Assembly (NCBI GenBank): GCA_028288405.1
Contig: JAQBNS010000034.1
Coordinates: 27,221-91,220 of the forward strand
Origin: Chitinophagaceae bacterium
Lineage (GTDB): Bacteria > Bacteroidota > Bacteroidia > Cytophagales > Cytophagaceae
Length of the DNA stretch: 64,000 bases
Direction of reading: 5' to 3'
Below, piece by piece: positions 44,076 through 52,361 of the stretch. The position numbers and the translations under genes were made by a program. Under the pieces are notes generated by a model. That model did no database searches. It saw nothing but the letters and a program-made list of their open reading frames with translations, and was not told the origin of the DNA. Position 1 is the stretch's first letter; the number at the start of each line of letters is the position of its first letter.

Positions 44076-45050
44076 TTATTTTCTCTTTGCGCTAAATTCT
44101 ATGAAGTTATTAGTGCCTTCAGTAATACCGGTTATCTTGATGATGGCATAGTTATTACCACCTCTTAATTTAGCAATGTAAAGATCACCTACGGCGACAT
44201 TGTCCACTGCATTAGGGCTTAGGTTAATGCCACTATTAAATTCTTCGTCCAAATCATTGTGCGTTGCATTGTCATAACCAAAACCGTTGGATGCTTTTTT
44301 GAAGGTTGTACCATTTTCTCTATCCCACCCTTTTCTGAAGGTACCGCAATCTGCCTGGTCACCCTGATCACCTTGGTTTACTAAATCTGCTCCGGTACCG
44401 ATTTGTATTTCATTACTACCGTTCAATGAAGTACTCACTTTACTGAATGTAGTTAAATCATAGGCCGCATCTTGATCGGCGTTACAGATGCTGTATAATT
44501 TTTGCCCATCAGTGCTGTGCGTTAATTTAGAATCATAAATTAAAGTAATTGTACCTGGACCGGTGATGACATCACTTCCCTGATTATTGACATCAAAATC
44601 AACGTCCTTGGTAAAGTAGAAGTAATACACATCTTCGTCACGTGTTTCGTCATTATCAATGTCCACACTAATCTTTAATGAATACTCATTCTTTTTATCG
44701 TCCGAAATAGAGAAGTAATGATTGCCGGCACCATCTGTTGAAGAGCCTGTTACATTTTCATTTTCCGGATCTGATGCTGTTTGGCCTTTTGCTTTTTCTG
44801 TTTTATAAACATAGACCCGCTTCATGTTATTATTAGTAGTTGTAATCGCTTTTACTTCGATTACTTTCCTTGAATCGGAAGTAAACACCGTATAATCCTG
44901 ATTGGTAGTTCCCGGATTATTTTGATCTATTGTTAAACTGGCATCTGCGGATTGTGGTGTCGGAACCGGATCGTCGCTCTTTTTACAAGAAGAGAGGATC
45001 ATGGTAGCCGCAAGAAATGTGGCAGACATGAAGTAGGCTAATTTTTTCAT
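44076..45050 (-). CDS. tandem-family surface-lipoprotein candidate (paralog C)
   Basis: LSSC-KKSDDPVP. NNMKRVYVYKTEK, GPGTITLIYDS, QKLYSICNA, GDLYIAKLRGGNNYAIIKIT. Confidence 0.65.
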   Translation of the reverse strand: MKKLAYFMSATFLAATMILSSCKKSDDPVPTPQSADASLTIDQNNPGTTNQDYTVFTSDSRKVIEVKAITTTNNNMKRVYVYKTEKAKGQTASDPENENVTGSSTDGAGNHYFSISDDKKNEYSLKISVDIDNDETRDEDVYYFYFTKDVDFDVNNQGSDVITGPGTITLIYDSKLTHSTDGQKLYSICNADQDAAYDLTTFSKVSTSLNGSNEIQIGTGADLVNQGDQGDQADCGTFRKGWDRENGTTFKKASNGFGYDNATHNDLDEEFNSGINLSPNAVDNVAVGDLYIAKLRGGNNYAIIKITGITEGTNNFIEFSAKRK

Positions 45051-45171
45051 CGTTTGAATGTTTAGTTGTTGCTGTTTGTTATACCTTTAATTGAAATCAG
45101 GAAGACAAGCCTTATGCCAATCTTTTTCCAAAAAAACTTCCTTCTTCCAATCTTTTCTTAATTTTATAATT

Positions 45172-45693
45172 ATGATGAAACCATTTAACCTCAAATCCTG
45201 GATCGAAACGAACAGGCATTTGCTTAAGCCTCCGGTAGGCAACCAACAGGTGTACAAAGGGAATGACGATTTTATTGTTATGGTTGTTGGAGGTCCTAAT
45301 GCACGCAAAGATTTTCACTACAATGAGAGTGAAGAATTATTTTATCAGTTGGAAGGCAGCATCAATATCCGCATACAGGAAGAAGGGAAATTTGTGGATG
45401 TTCCTCTACACGAAGGTGACCTGTTTTTATTACCGGCAAAAATTCCTCATTGCCCTCAAAGACCCGCCAATACTATAGGTTTGGTGATTGAACGCAATAG
45501 AAAAGCTGGGGAAAAAGATGGCTTTTTTTGGTTCTGTGAAAAATGTGATCATAAATTATACGAAGAGTATATCGACCTTACAGACATCGTGAAGGAATTA
45601 CCCATAGTGATGAATAAGTTTTACAATTCGATAGAACTGCGTACTTGTAAGTCTTGCGGTACGGTAATGGAACCTCCTCAAAAATTAAATTAG
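45172..45693 (+). CDS. nbaC: 3-hydroxyanthranilate 3,4-dioxygenase
   Basis: Start MMKPFNLKSWIE. Cupin core with HYNESEELFYQLEG and PHCPQRP. C-terminal CxxC...CxxC rubredoxin-like site (CEKC, CKSC). Confidence 0.9.
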   Translation: MMKPFNLKSWIETNRHLLKPPVGNQQVYKGNDDFIVMVVGGPNARKDFHYNESEELFYQLEGSINIRIQEEGKFVDVPLHEGDLFLLPAKIPHCPQRPANTIGLVIERNRKAGEKDGFFWFCEKCDHKLYEEYIDLTDIVKELPIVMNKFYNSIELRTCKSCGTVMEPPQKLN

Positions 45694-45694
45694 C

Positions 45695-46993
45695 ATGGCG
45701 CCGTCAATACGTTCTACTGCTTTATCTTTATCCAAAAAAGCATTGGCACTCGATAAGTCCGATGTTTTGGTGGCTTTTAAAAAACAGTTTCATGATCCGA
45801 AAAAACTCGGCAAAGATCGTATCTATTTCTGTGGAAATTCTCTAGGGCTGATGCCTAAAGGCGTGGATCGTGCCTTGCAACAGGAATGCGAAGACTGGGC
45901 AAACTGGGGTGTAGAAGGACATTGGAAAGCTAAAAATCCTTGGATCGATTATCATAAACCTTTCAGTAAACTCCTGGCTCCTTTATGCGGTGCGAAGGCT
46001 TCAGAAGTAGTAGCGATGAACAGCCTTACTGTAAATCTGCACCTGGCACTCGCCAGTTTTTACAGACCCACCAAAAAGCGCTTTGTTATTTTGTACGAAG
46101 CCAATGCTTTCTCTTCTGATTTATATGCGTTGGAATCGCTGATCAAACTTCGTGGCTTGAACCCAAAGCTTTGTCTTTATCCAGTAGATCAATTGGACAG
46201 CAAGAGCGTTATCAAAGCCATTCATGATATAGGAGAGCAACTCGCACTGGTTTGTTTAGGTGGTGTTAATTATTACTCGGGAGAATTGCTTGATCTGAAA
46301 AAAATTACCGCTGCTGCACATCAGGCCGGCGCGCTAGCCGGTTTTGATCTGGCACATGCCATCGGTAATGTACCGCTGAAATTGCACCATTGGAAAGTAG
46401 ACTTTGCGGTATGGTGCACTTATAAATACCTCAACTCAGGACCAGGTGCTGCAGGTGGTTTGTTTGTGCATGAAGTCCATGGCAATGATAAAAATATACC
46501 GCGCATGGCCGGTTGGTGGGGTCATGAACAAAGCGAACGTTTTGGAATGAGGCCCGGTTTCAAACCCATGAATGGCGCAGAAGGATGGCAATTGAGTAAT
46601 GCCCCCGTATTCAATATGGCTGCGCAGCGGGTGGCTCTAACACTCTTTAAAGAAGCTGGTTTAGCGAATGTATACCGCAAAGGAAAAAGTATGGGAGACT
46701 TCTTCTTAGAGTGTCTTACCACATTGGGGACTCCTGAACAAAATGAGAAACGTGTTTATGCTTTCAGCATCATCACTCCATTGGAAAGTACCCGCAGAGG
46801 TTGTCAATTATCTTTGCGTATTCACGATAAAAAAGGCAGGGCACTCTTTACTTTATTGGAGAAGGCCGGTATCATCGGTGACTGGCGCGAACCGGATGTT
46901 ATTCGCTTAACACCTGTTCCTTTATACAACAATTACAAAGAAATATTTCATGTAGCGAAAATACTATGTGAGAAAGCATACCTGATCCGGTGA
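45695..46993 (+). CDS. kynU: kynureninase
   Basis: ATG 1 nt after the upstream TAG. PLP-enzyme pattern (YFCGNSLGLMPK, DFAVWCTYKYLNSGPG, GWWGH). Confidence 0.9.
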   Translation: MAPSIRSTALSLSKKALALDKSDVLVAFKKQFHDPKKLGKDRIYFCGNSLGLMPKGVDRALQQECEDWANWGVEGHWKAKNPWIDYHKPFSKLLAPLCGAKASEVVAMNSLTVNLHLALASFYRPTKKRFVILYEANAFSSDLYALESLIKLRGLNPKLCLYPVDQLDSKSVIKAIHDIGEQLALVCLGGVNYYSGELLDLKKITAAAHQAGALAGFDLAHAIGNVPLKLHHWKVDFAVWCTYKYLNSGPGAAGGLFVHEVHGNDKNIPRMAGWWGHEQSERFGMRPGFKPMNGAEGWQLSNAPVFNMAAQRVALTLFKEAGLANVYRKGKSMGDFFLECLTTLGTPEQNEKRVYAFSIITPLESTRRGCQLSLRIHDKKGRALFTLLEKAGIIGDWREPDVIRLTPVPLYNNYKEIFHVAKILCEKAYLIR

Positions 46994-46994
46994 T

Positions 46995-48347
46995 ATGGAA
47001 GATAGAAGACAAACGGTTTTTATTGCCGGTGCAGGATTAGTCGGTTCTCTGCTGTCCATCTTTCTTGCAAAAAAAGGATTTGCCGTACAGGTATTGGAAA
47101 AAAGAGCCGATCCCCGCCAAAATCTGCGAAACGAAGGCCGATCGATTAACCTCGCTTTGAGTCACCGTGGATTAAGGGCGTTGGAAGCAGCAGATGCTCA
47201 GCTTCCTGAACGCATCTTAGCAGAAGCTGTTCCTATGTATGGCCGGCAAATGCACGATGAACAAGGTCACCTGTCCTTCCAACCTTACAGCAGCACCAAA
47301 GCATGCATTTATTCTGTATCCCGCTCCCAGTTAAATAATTGTCTGATCAATGCGGCAGAGCATCAGGGTGTTTCTTTTTTATTTGAACACAGCATAGAAG
47401 AGACGGACTTTGCGTCGAAAACTATTCTTCTTTCTCATCAAGACAAATCGTTCACTATAGAGGCAACGGTACTTATCGCTGCAGACGGTGTATTTTCTAA
47501 GGTGAGAAGCTCTCTTGAAAAACAAGGTCTCTGTCATTCCCGTCTTGAAAAAATAGATCACGGATACAAAGAACTCGACATTCCTGCCGAGAAAGGTTCG
47601 CTGCTTGCACCACAAACTGCGCTGCACATCTGGCCAAGAGGTGAGTACATGATGATCGCTTTGCCAAATTTTGACAAGAGTTATACCGGCACGTTATTCC
47701 TGCCTTTCAACGATGAAGACCTTTCTTTTCAGGAGTTGCATGACGAAGCATCCGTCATGCGTTTCTTTCATGCACATTTTCCTGATGCTTCAGTTTTATT
47801 TCCTGATTTAGCGAAACAATACTTTTCCAATCCCACTTCGTTTCTTGCCAATGTATTTACAGACCGTTGGGCCTTTGGCGAATGGTTGCTGATTGGAGAC
47901 GCGGCACATGGCATTGTTCCTTTTTACGGACAAGGTATGAATGCAGGCTTTGAAGATTGTCGCCTCCTGGATGAATTACTGACACAACACCATGATCACT
48001 TTGAAGTCGCTTTTCAAACGCTTTGTGACAATAGAAAGAAAGATACGGATGCCATAGCCCGACTGGCCATGGACAACTTCATTGAGATGAGGGATTTGGT
48101 CGCAGACGACCATTTTCTTCTTCAGAAAAAAATAGAAGGCGCATTAAGTAAAGCCTTACCAGAGCAATGGAAAACGTTATACAGTGAAGTAACTTTTTCG
48201 GATACACCATATAGCGAAGCGTTAGCGAGAGGACTGAAAAATCAAGGCATCATGAATGAGATTATGAGTGATCCATCATTAGACCTGAAGCGTTGGGAAG
48301 AAAAAGAAGTATGGGATTTAATCCTTAAAAAAGTAAGTGGCCAGTAA
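46995..48347 (+). CDS. kmo: kynurenine 3-monooxygenase (FAD-dependent)
   Basis: GAGLVGS FAD motif, RSINLALS, GDAAHGIVPFYGQGMN. Confidence 0.9.
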   Translation: MEDRRQTVFIAGAGLVGSLLSIFLAKKGFAVQVLEKRADPRQNLRNEGRSINLALSHRGLRALEAADAQLPERILAEAVPMYGRQMHDEQGHLSFQPYSSTKACIYSVSRSQLNNCLINAAEHQGVSFLFEHSIEETDFASKTILLSHQDKSFTIEATVLIAADGVFSKVRSSLEKQGLCHSRLEKIDHGYKELDIPAEKGSLLAPQTALHIWPRGEYMMIALPNFDKSYTGTLFLPFNDEDLSFQELHDEASVMRFFHAHFPDASVLFPDLAKQYFSNPTSFLANVFTDRWAFGEWLLIGDAAHGIVPFYGQGMNAGFEDCRLLDELLTQHHDHFEVAFQTLCDNRKKDTDAIARLAMDNFIEMRDLVADDHFLLQKKIEGALSKALPEQWKTLYSEVTFSDTPYSEALARGLKNQGIMNEIMSDPSLDLKRWEEKEVWDLILKKVSGQ

Positions 48348-48379
48348 TCGATACTCTAATAAGTATTGATTACTGGCCA
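48338..48379. terminator. hairpin overlapping the kmo stop codon; probable terminator for the convergent minus-strand gene
   Basis: tggccagtaatcgatact / agtattgattactggcca (one mismatch). The minus strand is followed by CUUACUUUUUU. Confidence 0.5.
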
Positions 48380-48400
48380 CTATATGCTAATCGTTATTTT

Positions 48401-48778
48401 CTATTTATTCGGTACCAAGGTGTGGTTCACATCCATGGTAAACGATTTGAAACTCAATACGACTGAATCTTTAGAAACAGACTTCAGATCTTTGGTGTAT
48501 TTTTCTCCGGAAGCCGGTTCGAAAGCAATTTGTTTCTGATCTTCTGATACGGACCATTTACCGGATTCTTTTTTCGCACCTTCTTCGTAGTTATAAGTGC
48601 CATCATCTTTCAAATCATAAACAAAAGGGCCAAATACTTCCGGATCTTGCGAAGAACCGGCTAAAGAAAGCTTGGACACTTTCCATGAACCCTGCAATGT
48701 ATCTTTTGTACTTTTAGAGCAAGCTGTTGTCAAAAGCGCCAGACAAACAACCGTCATCAATACCTGAAAATTTTTCAT
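48401..48778 (-). CDS. small lipoprotein (lipocalin-like suspected)
   Basis: Lipobox LTTAC. 125 aa beta-rich sequence. Confidence 0.5.
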   Translation of the reverse strand: MKNFQVLMTVVCLALLTTACSKSTKDTLQGSWKVSKLSLAGSSQDPEVFGPFVYDLKDDGTYNYEEGAKKESGKWSVSEDQKQIAFEPASGEKYTKDLKSVSKDSVVLSFKSFTMDVNHTLVPNK

Positions 48779-48802
48779 TTATCTTAATTTTTGTTTCTAC
48801 AA

Positions 48803-49630
48803 TTACGCACTTTTTTTCTCACCTAACCAACTAAATGGCAATACATGTTTCTTCTTTTTCAAGCCGAACTTCTTTACAGCGAAAGTTTCCAGGTAATGGA
48901 CCATTTCTTCTACTGAGTCAGTGTATAGAAACAAATCCAGGTCACTCGCAGAAACCGTTCCTTCATCTACCATGTGCAGAATGTGGTCGTACAATTTTTT
49001 ATAGTACTCTTTACCGAATAATACAATCGGGAAACGTTCCATTTTATTAGTCTGCACCAATGTTACAGCTTCAAACATTTCATCCATCGTACCCATTCCA
49101 CCGGGCATACAAACGAAGGCATAAGAATACTTGCTCAACAATACCTTTCTTACAAAGAAGAATTTAATGTCTACACTTTTGTCCAGGTACTTGTTAGAAT
49201 ACTGCTCCATGGGTAAAATAATATTACACCCTACCGAGTATCCTCCTGCTTCCTTCGCACCACGGTTAGCGGCCTCCATGACACCCGGACCACCGCCTGT
49301 CATCACCGTAAAGCCCATCTGTGCCAATGCAGCACCCACTTCCATCGATTGCTTATAGTAAGGATGTTCTTCTTTGAAACGCGCAGATCCAAATACAGTC
49401 ACACAAGGCCCTACAAAATGTAATGCTCTGATGCCTCTTAGGAAATCTTTGAATACTTTAAACAAGAAAAAAAGTTCCTTTCTTCTTGACCTTGGCCCCT
49501 CCAGGAAGTATCGTTCTGCACTTTGTGTGTCTTTAATGACATTGGGGTTCTCGTTATCAACTGCTTCTTTCAATGTAGCGGAATTAAAATGTAATAATCT
49601 AAATGTAGAAATTCTTTCTGTACACGACAA
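48803..49630 (-). CDS. LOG family protein (TIGR00730 Rossmann-fold nucleotide phosphoribohydrolase)
   Basis: GGGPGVMEAANRGA and PGGMGTMDE motifs. Confidence 0.85.
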   Translation of the reverse strand: MSCTERISTFRLLHFNSATLKEAVDNENPNVIKDTQSAERYFLEGPRSRRKELFFLFKVFKDFLRGIRALHFVGPCVTVFGSARFKEEHPYYKQSMEVGAALAQMGFTVMTGGGPGVMEAANRGAKEAGGYSVGCNIILPMEQYSNKYLDKSVDIKFFFVRKVLLSKYSYAFVCMPGGMGTMDEMFEAVTLVQTNKMERFPIVLFGKEYYKKLYDHILHMVDEGTVSASDLDLFLYTDSVEEMVHYLETFAVKKFGLKKKKHVLPFSWLGEKKSA

Positions 49631-49691
49631 AAAGAATTCTTTCTATTTATATTAACGAATCTTTCATGTTTTAGGTTTACAACTAGTCCTT

Positions 49692-49835
49692 ATGATTTCA
49701 TTTCTCACACGAATATGTTTGCTGACGGTGTTTATTTGCTTCTTAAGCTGTAAGGGTGCACCAAGTGAAAAAGAACAAGGGAATGAACCCATTGATAGTA
49801 CTACACACTTCAACGATTCAACGGAAGCGGTTTAA
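49692..49835 (+). CDS. possible 47 aa lipoprotein (below the ORF-track cutoff)
   Basis: Hand translation MISFLTRICLLTVFICFLSCKGAPSEKEQGNEPIDSTTHFNDSTEAV*. Signal peptide plus lipobox FLSC. Confidence 0.35.
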   Translation: MISFLTRICLLTVFICFLSCKGAPSEKEQGNEPIDSTTHFNDSTEAV

Positions 49836-49934
49836 TTAGAAGGCAATAATTCCAATTTATACAGGATATAGTCTAAGAGAGCCTTATTTTGAAGCCTAGA
49901 TCGAAAAAGTCATTTTTGAAAAGTTTCTGAAAAT

Positions 49935-49969
49935 GAAGTGAAGAAAGTAAAGTTTATATTCTTCACTTC
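49935..49969 (-). terminator. hairpin downstream of the CAP-domain gene
   Basis: 11 bp perfect stem gaagtgaagaa / ttcttcacttc. Confidence 0.55.
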
Positions 49970-49976
49970 CTAAAGA

Positions 49977-50603
49977 CTAATTATCTCCACATTTTTTTAC
50001 AACAATATTTTTATCTTCTACAGAAGCCACCCAAACGCAAATGTAGTTTTTGTATACTCCAATGCCGATCGCTTTCCAACTGCGTTGTTTCCATATGCCA
50101 CTATTCACAATCACCGCATGGTGGCCCGGGCTTTTTTTCCAAGCTGCAAGCGCTGCATCCGGTGTAGCTATATAGTTCTCATCCATTGATCCATATACAA
50201 TTTCAAAACCGTCTGCCTGAAAGCCTGCTATTTCTTGGGGTTTACTCCACATGCATTGCGACTGTGCATGCTTGCTGTCATAACAACAAGGCGTCCAGCT
50301 GCCTTTCGAAGACCAGCTGTGCATGTTACATTCATCATTATTGTTCGGCTTGTTCATGCTTAGATCACGTGCATGCACTTGTGCGACTTTTGTAAGAGCT
50401 GCAGAAATGTTGATTGGCGGAAGTTTCTTTTGTTTTCTATAGGCCATGATCAAATCATACATACGCTGTTCTTCTTTCGACAAACAAAGTTCAGGGTCTT
50501 CTTGTAAAACAGAAGATTTGTAAGAAAAGCCAGCAGTCAGCGTGAGTAGCAGAGCACCCGTCAATAGCAGACTGTAGTTTCTTTTGAATAGAGAATGGAG
50601 CAT
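49977..50603 (-). CDS. CAP/SCP (PR-1-like, YkwD-type) domain protein, secreted
   Basis: Signal peptide. ...AQVHARDL... and W..SPGHHA.I.N motifs characteristic of CAP domains. Confidence 0.65.
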   Translation of the reverse strand: MLHSLFKRNYSLLLTGALLLTLTAGFSYKSSVLQEDPELCLSKEEQRMYDLIMAYRKQKKLPPINISAALTKVAQVHARDLSMNKPNNNDECNMHSWSSKGSWTPCCYDSKHAQSQCMWSKPQEIAGFQADGFEIVYGSMDENYIATPDAALAAWKKSPGHHAVIVNSGIWKQRSWKAIGIGVYKNYICVWVASVEDKNIVVKKCGDN

Positions 50604-50660
50604 CTTTTATTTTTTTTAATTAGCTTGATGAATCTTATTCCAATACTAAAACTATAATTT

Positions 50661-51080
50661 ATGATTAATATTTCATTACGGGTTTGTTTACAATTGGTTT
50701 TTATTCTCTTTTCTCTGATCTGTTTCAACCATCAAGCTTTCAGTCAAGTAAAACCTAACACTGTCAATGGCATATGGGCAGACTCCAATAGTGCAGCCTT
50801 CACAAATGGTTATGCGATATTCTCGGTAGACGAACACGGAAAGTTGGCTATGACTCATTATGTTGAATTCAATGGGGTTGCGATGGTAGAAAAAGGAATT
50901 GGATTCTGTTCTCACGGCACCTTGAATTATGACGCCATCGTTACCCAAGGAATACCGGGCTGGTCACTTAAAGGACAGCATGTTTTGACTTTATCGGAAG
51001 ACGGGAATACCTTGCGAGGCTACTACAAAGATGAAAAAGGCAATACAGGACCGTTGGTTTTCAAACGCTTACGCCCATAA
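50661..51080 (+). CDS. hypothetical secreted protein
   Basis: Signal peptide ending AFSQ. No domain recognised. Confidence 0.5.
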   Translation: MINISLRVCLQLVFILFSLICFNHQAFSQVKPNTVNGIWADSNSAAFTNGYAIFSVDEHGKLAMTHYVEFNGVAMVEKGIGFCSHGTLNYDAIVTQGIPGWSLKGQHVLTLSEDGNTLRGYYKDEKGNTGPLVFKRLRP

Positions 51081-51764
51081 ACAAACCATTACTACCACAA
51101 CATGATGATGATTTGTCTTTACAAGACATTTGCTATTCCAATGAGATAAAAGAAAAGCCTTCCGTCCAGCATCTATTCATGCGGAGCGGGAGGCTTTATA
51201 TGTTTTGCTTTGAAAATGCTTAAGCGATGCTTGCGGCAAAAATCAGCACAGACAAGAAAATACTAATGAGTGCACTGACAAGATTCAATTTTTTTTTCAC
51301 GTTGGATAAATTAAGCTGTAAAATTTTGGTTTCGCTCTGCCCCTTCGTTGCCTTTTTCACTTGGAAAGGCCTGCTATACAAGGAGTAGTACTTTGATAAT
51401 ACTCAGATTTAATTTGATTATCCTAAGACTTACCACTACTACAAAAAATAATCTTATTCTTACAAAAAAGTTGGTTTAATAACCCATTCGAGGTTTTTGA
51501 GGGATAAATAGAGAGAGATAAAGGCGTGCAATATTATTCTTTATTGAAAAAAACAAACGATGTGTGTAAGAATTGTTTTTTTTTCTTGTATTACTTTATG
51601 AAAAGCATAAACGATGCTTGAAACCCAGTAGGCGTTGTGCGAACAGAGAGAACAATAAAGCTTGATTGATCATATCAGTTTTTGAATGGAATAGGGGGTT
51701 ATTTGAATTTCATTGGTATTGAAATTGTCCTTGTCTTTAAAAAAATCGTACATTATCGGGTATT

Positions 51765-52358
51765 TTGTCCTCACCCTGTAATACGGATGTTATTTTGAAA
51801 TCTAAAGACCAAGACATATTAAGATCGATCAAGAACGGAGATGACCGTAAAGCACTGGAGCAGATCTATAAATCTATGCTCCCGAAAATCAAAAAGCTGG
51901 TCAACGTCGGAACGGAGCGAGAAGAAGATGCTAAGGATATTCTTCAGGAAGCCTTGCTTGTGTTTTATAAGCAGGTGATGACGAATAAATTTGATGAGAA
52001 ATACGAGATAGCCGGCTTCATTTACACGGTAGCAAAAAATCTGTGGCTCAATCAAATTAAGAAGAACCAGCGATTTGTGCAGCTCAACGAAAGTTCTGTA
52101 GCAGACATCAGGGATACCAATATATTGGACCAAATTTCGTTGGAAGAACGAGAAGCACTGGTCAAAAAATTATTTGATCAATTAGACGATAAATGCAAAC
52201 AGCTTCTTACCTATAGTTTATTCGAGGGATTAAACATGAAGGAAGTCGCCGAAAAAACAGGTCACACCAGTGCCAATGCAGCAACAGTAGCCATGCATCG
52301 GTGCAAGAAGTACCTCATGGAACAGGTAAAGAAGTATAAAACTACTTATGTCATTTAG
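51765..52358 (+). CDS. ECF-type RNA polymerase sigma-70 family factor
   Basis: Region 2 (DAKDILQEALLVFYK, FIYTVAKNLWLN) and region 4 HTH (GLNMKEVAEKTGHTSANAATVAMHRCKKYL). Start uncertain (TTG 51765 or TTG 51795). Confidence 0.85.
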   Translation: MSSPCNTDVILKSKDQDILRSIKNGDDRKALEQIYKSMLPKIKKLVNVGTEREEDAKDILQEALLVFYKQVMTNKFDEKYEIAGFIYTVAKNLWLNQIKKNQRFVQLNESSVADIRDTNILDQISLEEREALVKKLFDQLDDKCKQLLTYSLFEGLNMKEVAEKTGHTSANAATVAMHRCKKYLMEQVKKYKTTYVI

Positions 52359-52361
52359 AAA

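Noticed and set aside
41782-45171. Invertible-promoter (phase-variation) switches in the spacers of the lipoprotein array
   Set aside because: I looked for inverted repeats flanking each spacer. The only palindromes are the intrinsic terminators, and no recombinase gene is nearby.
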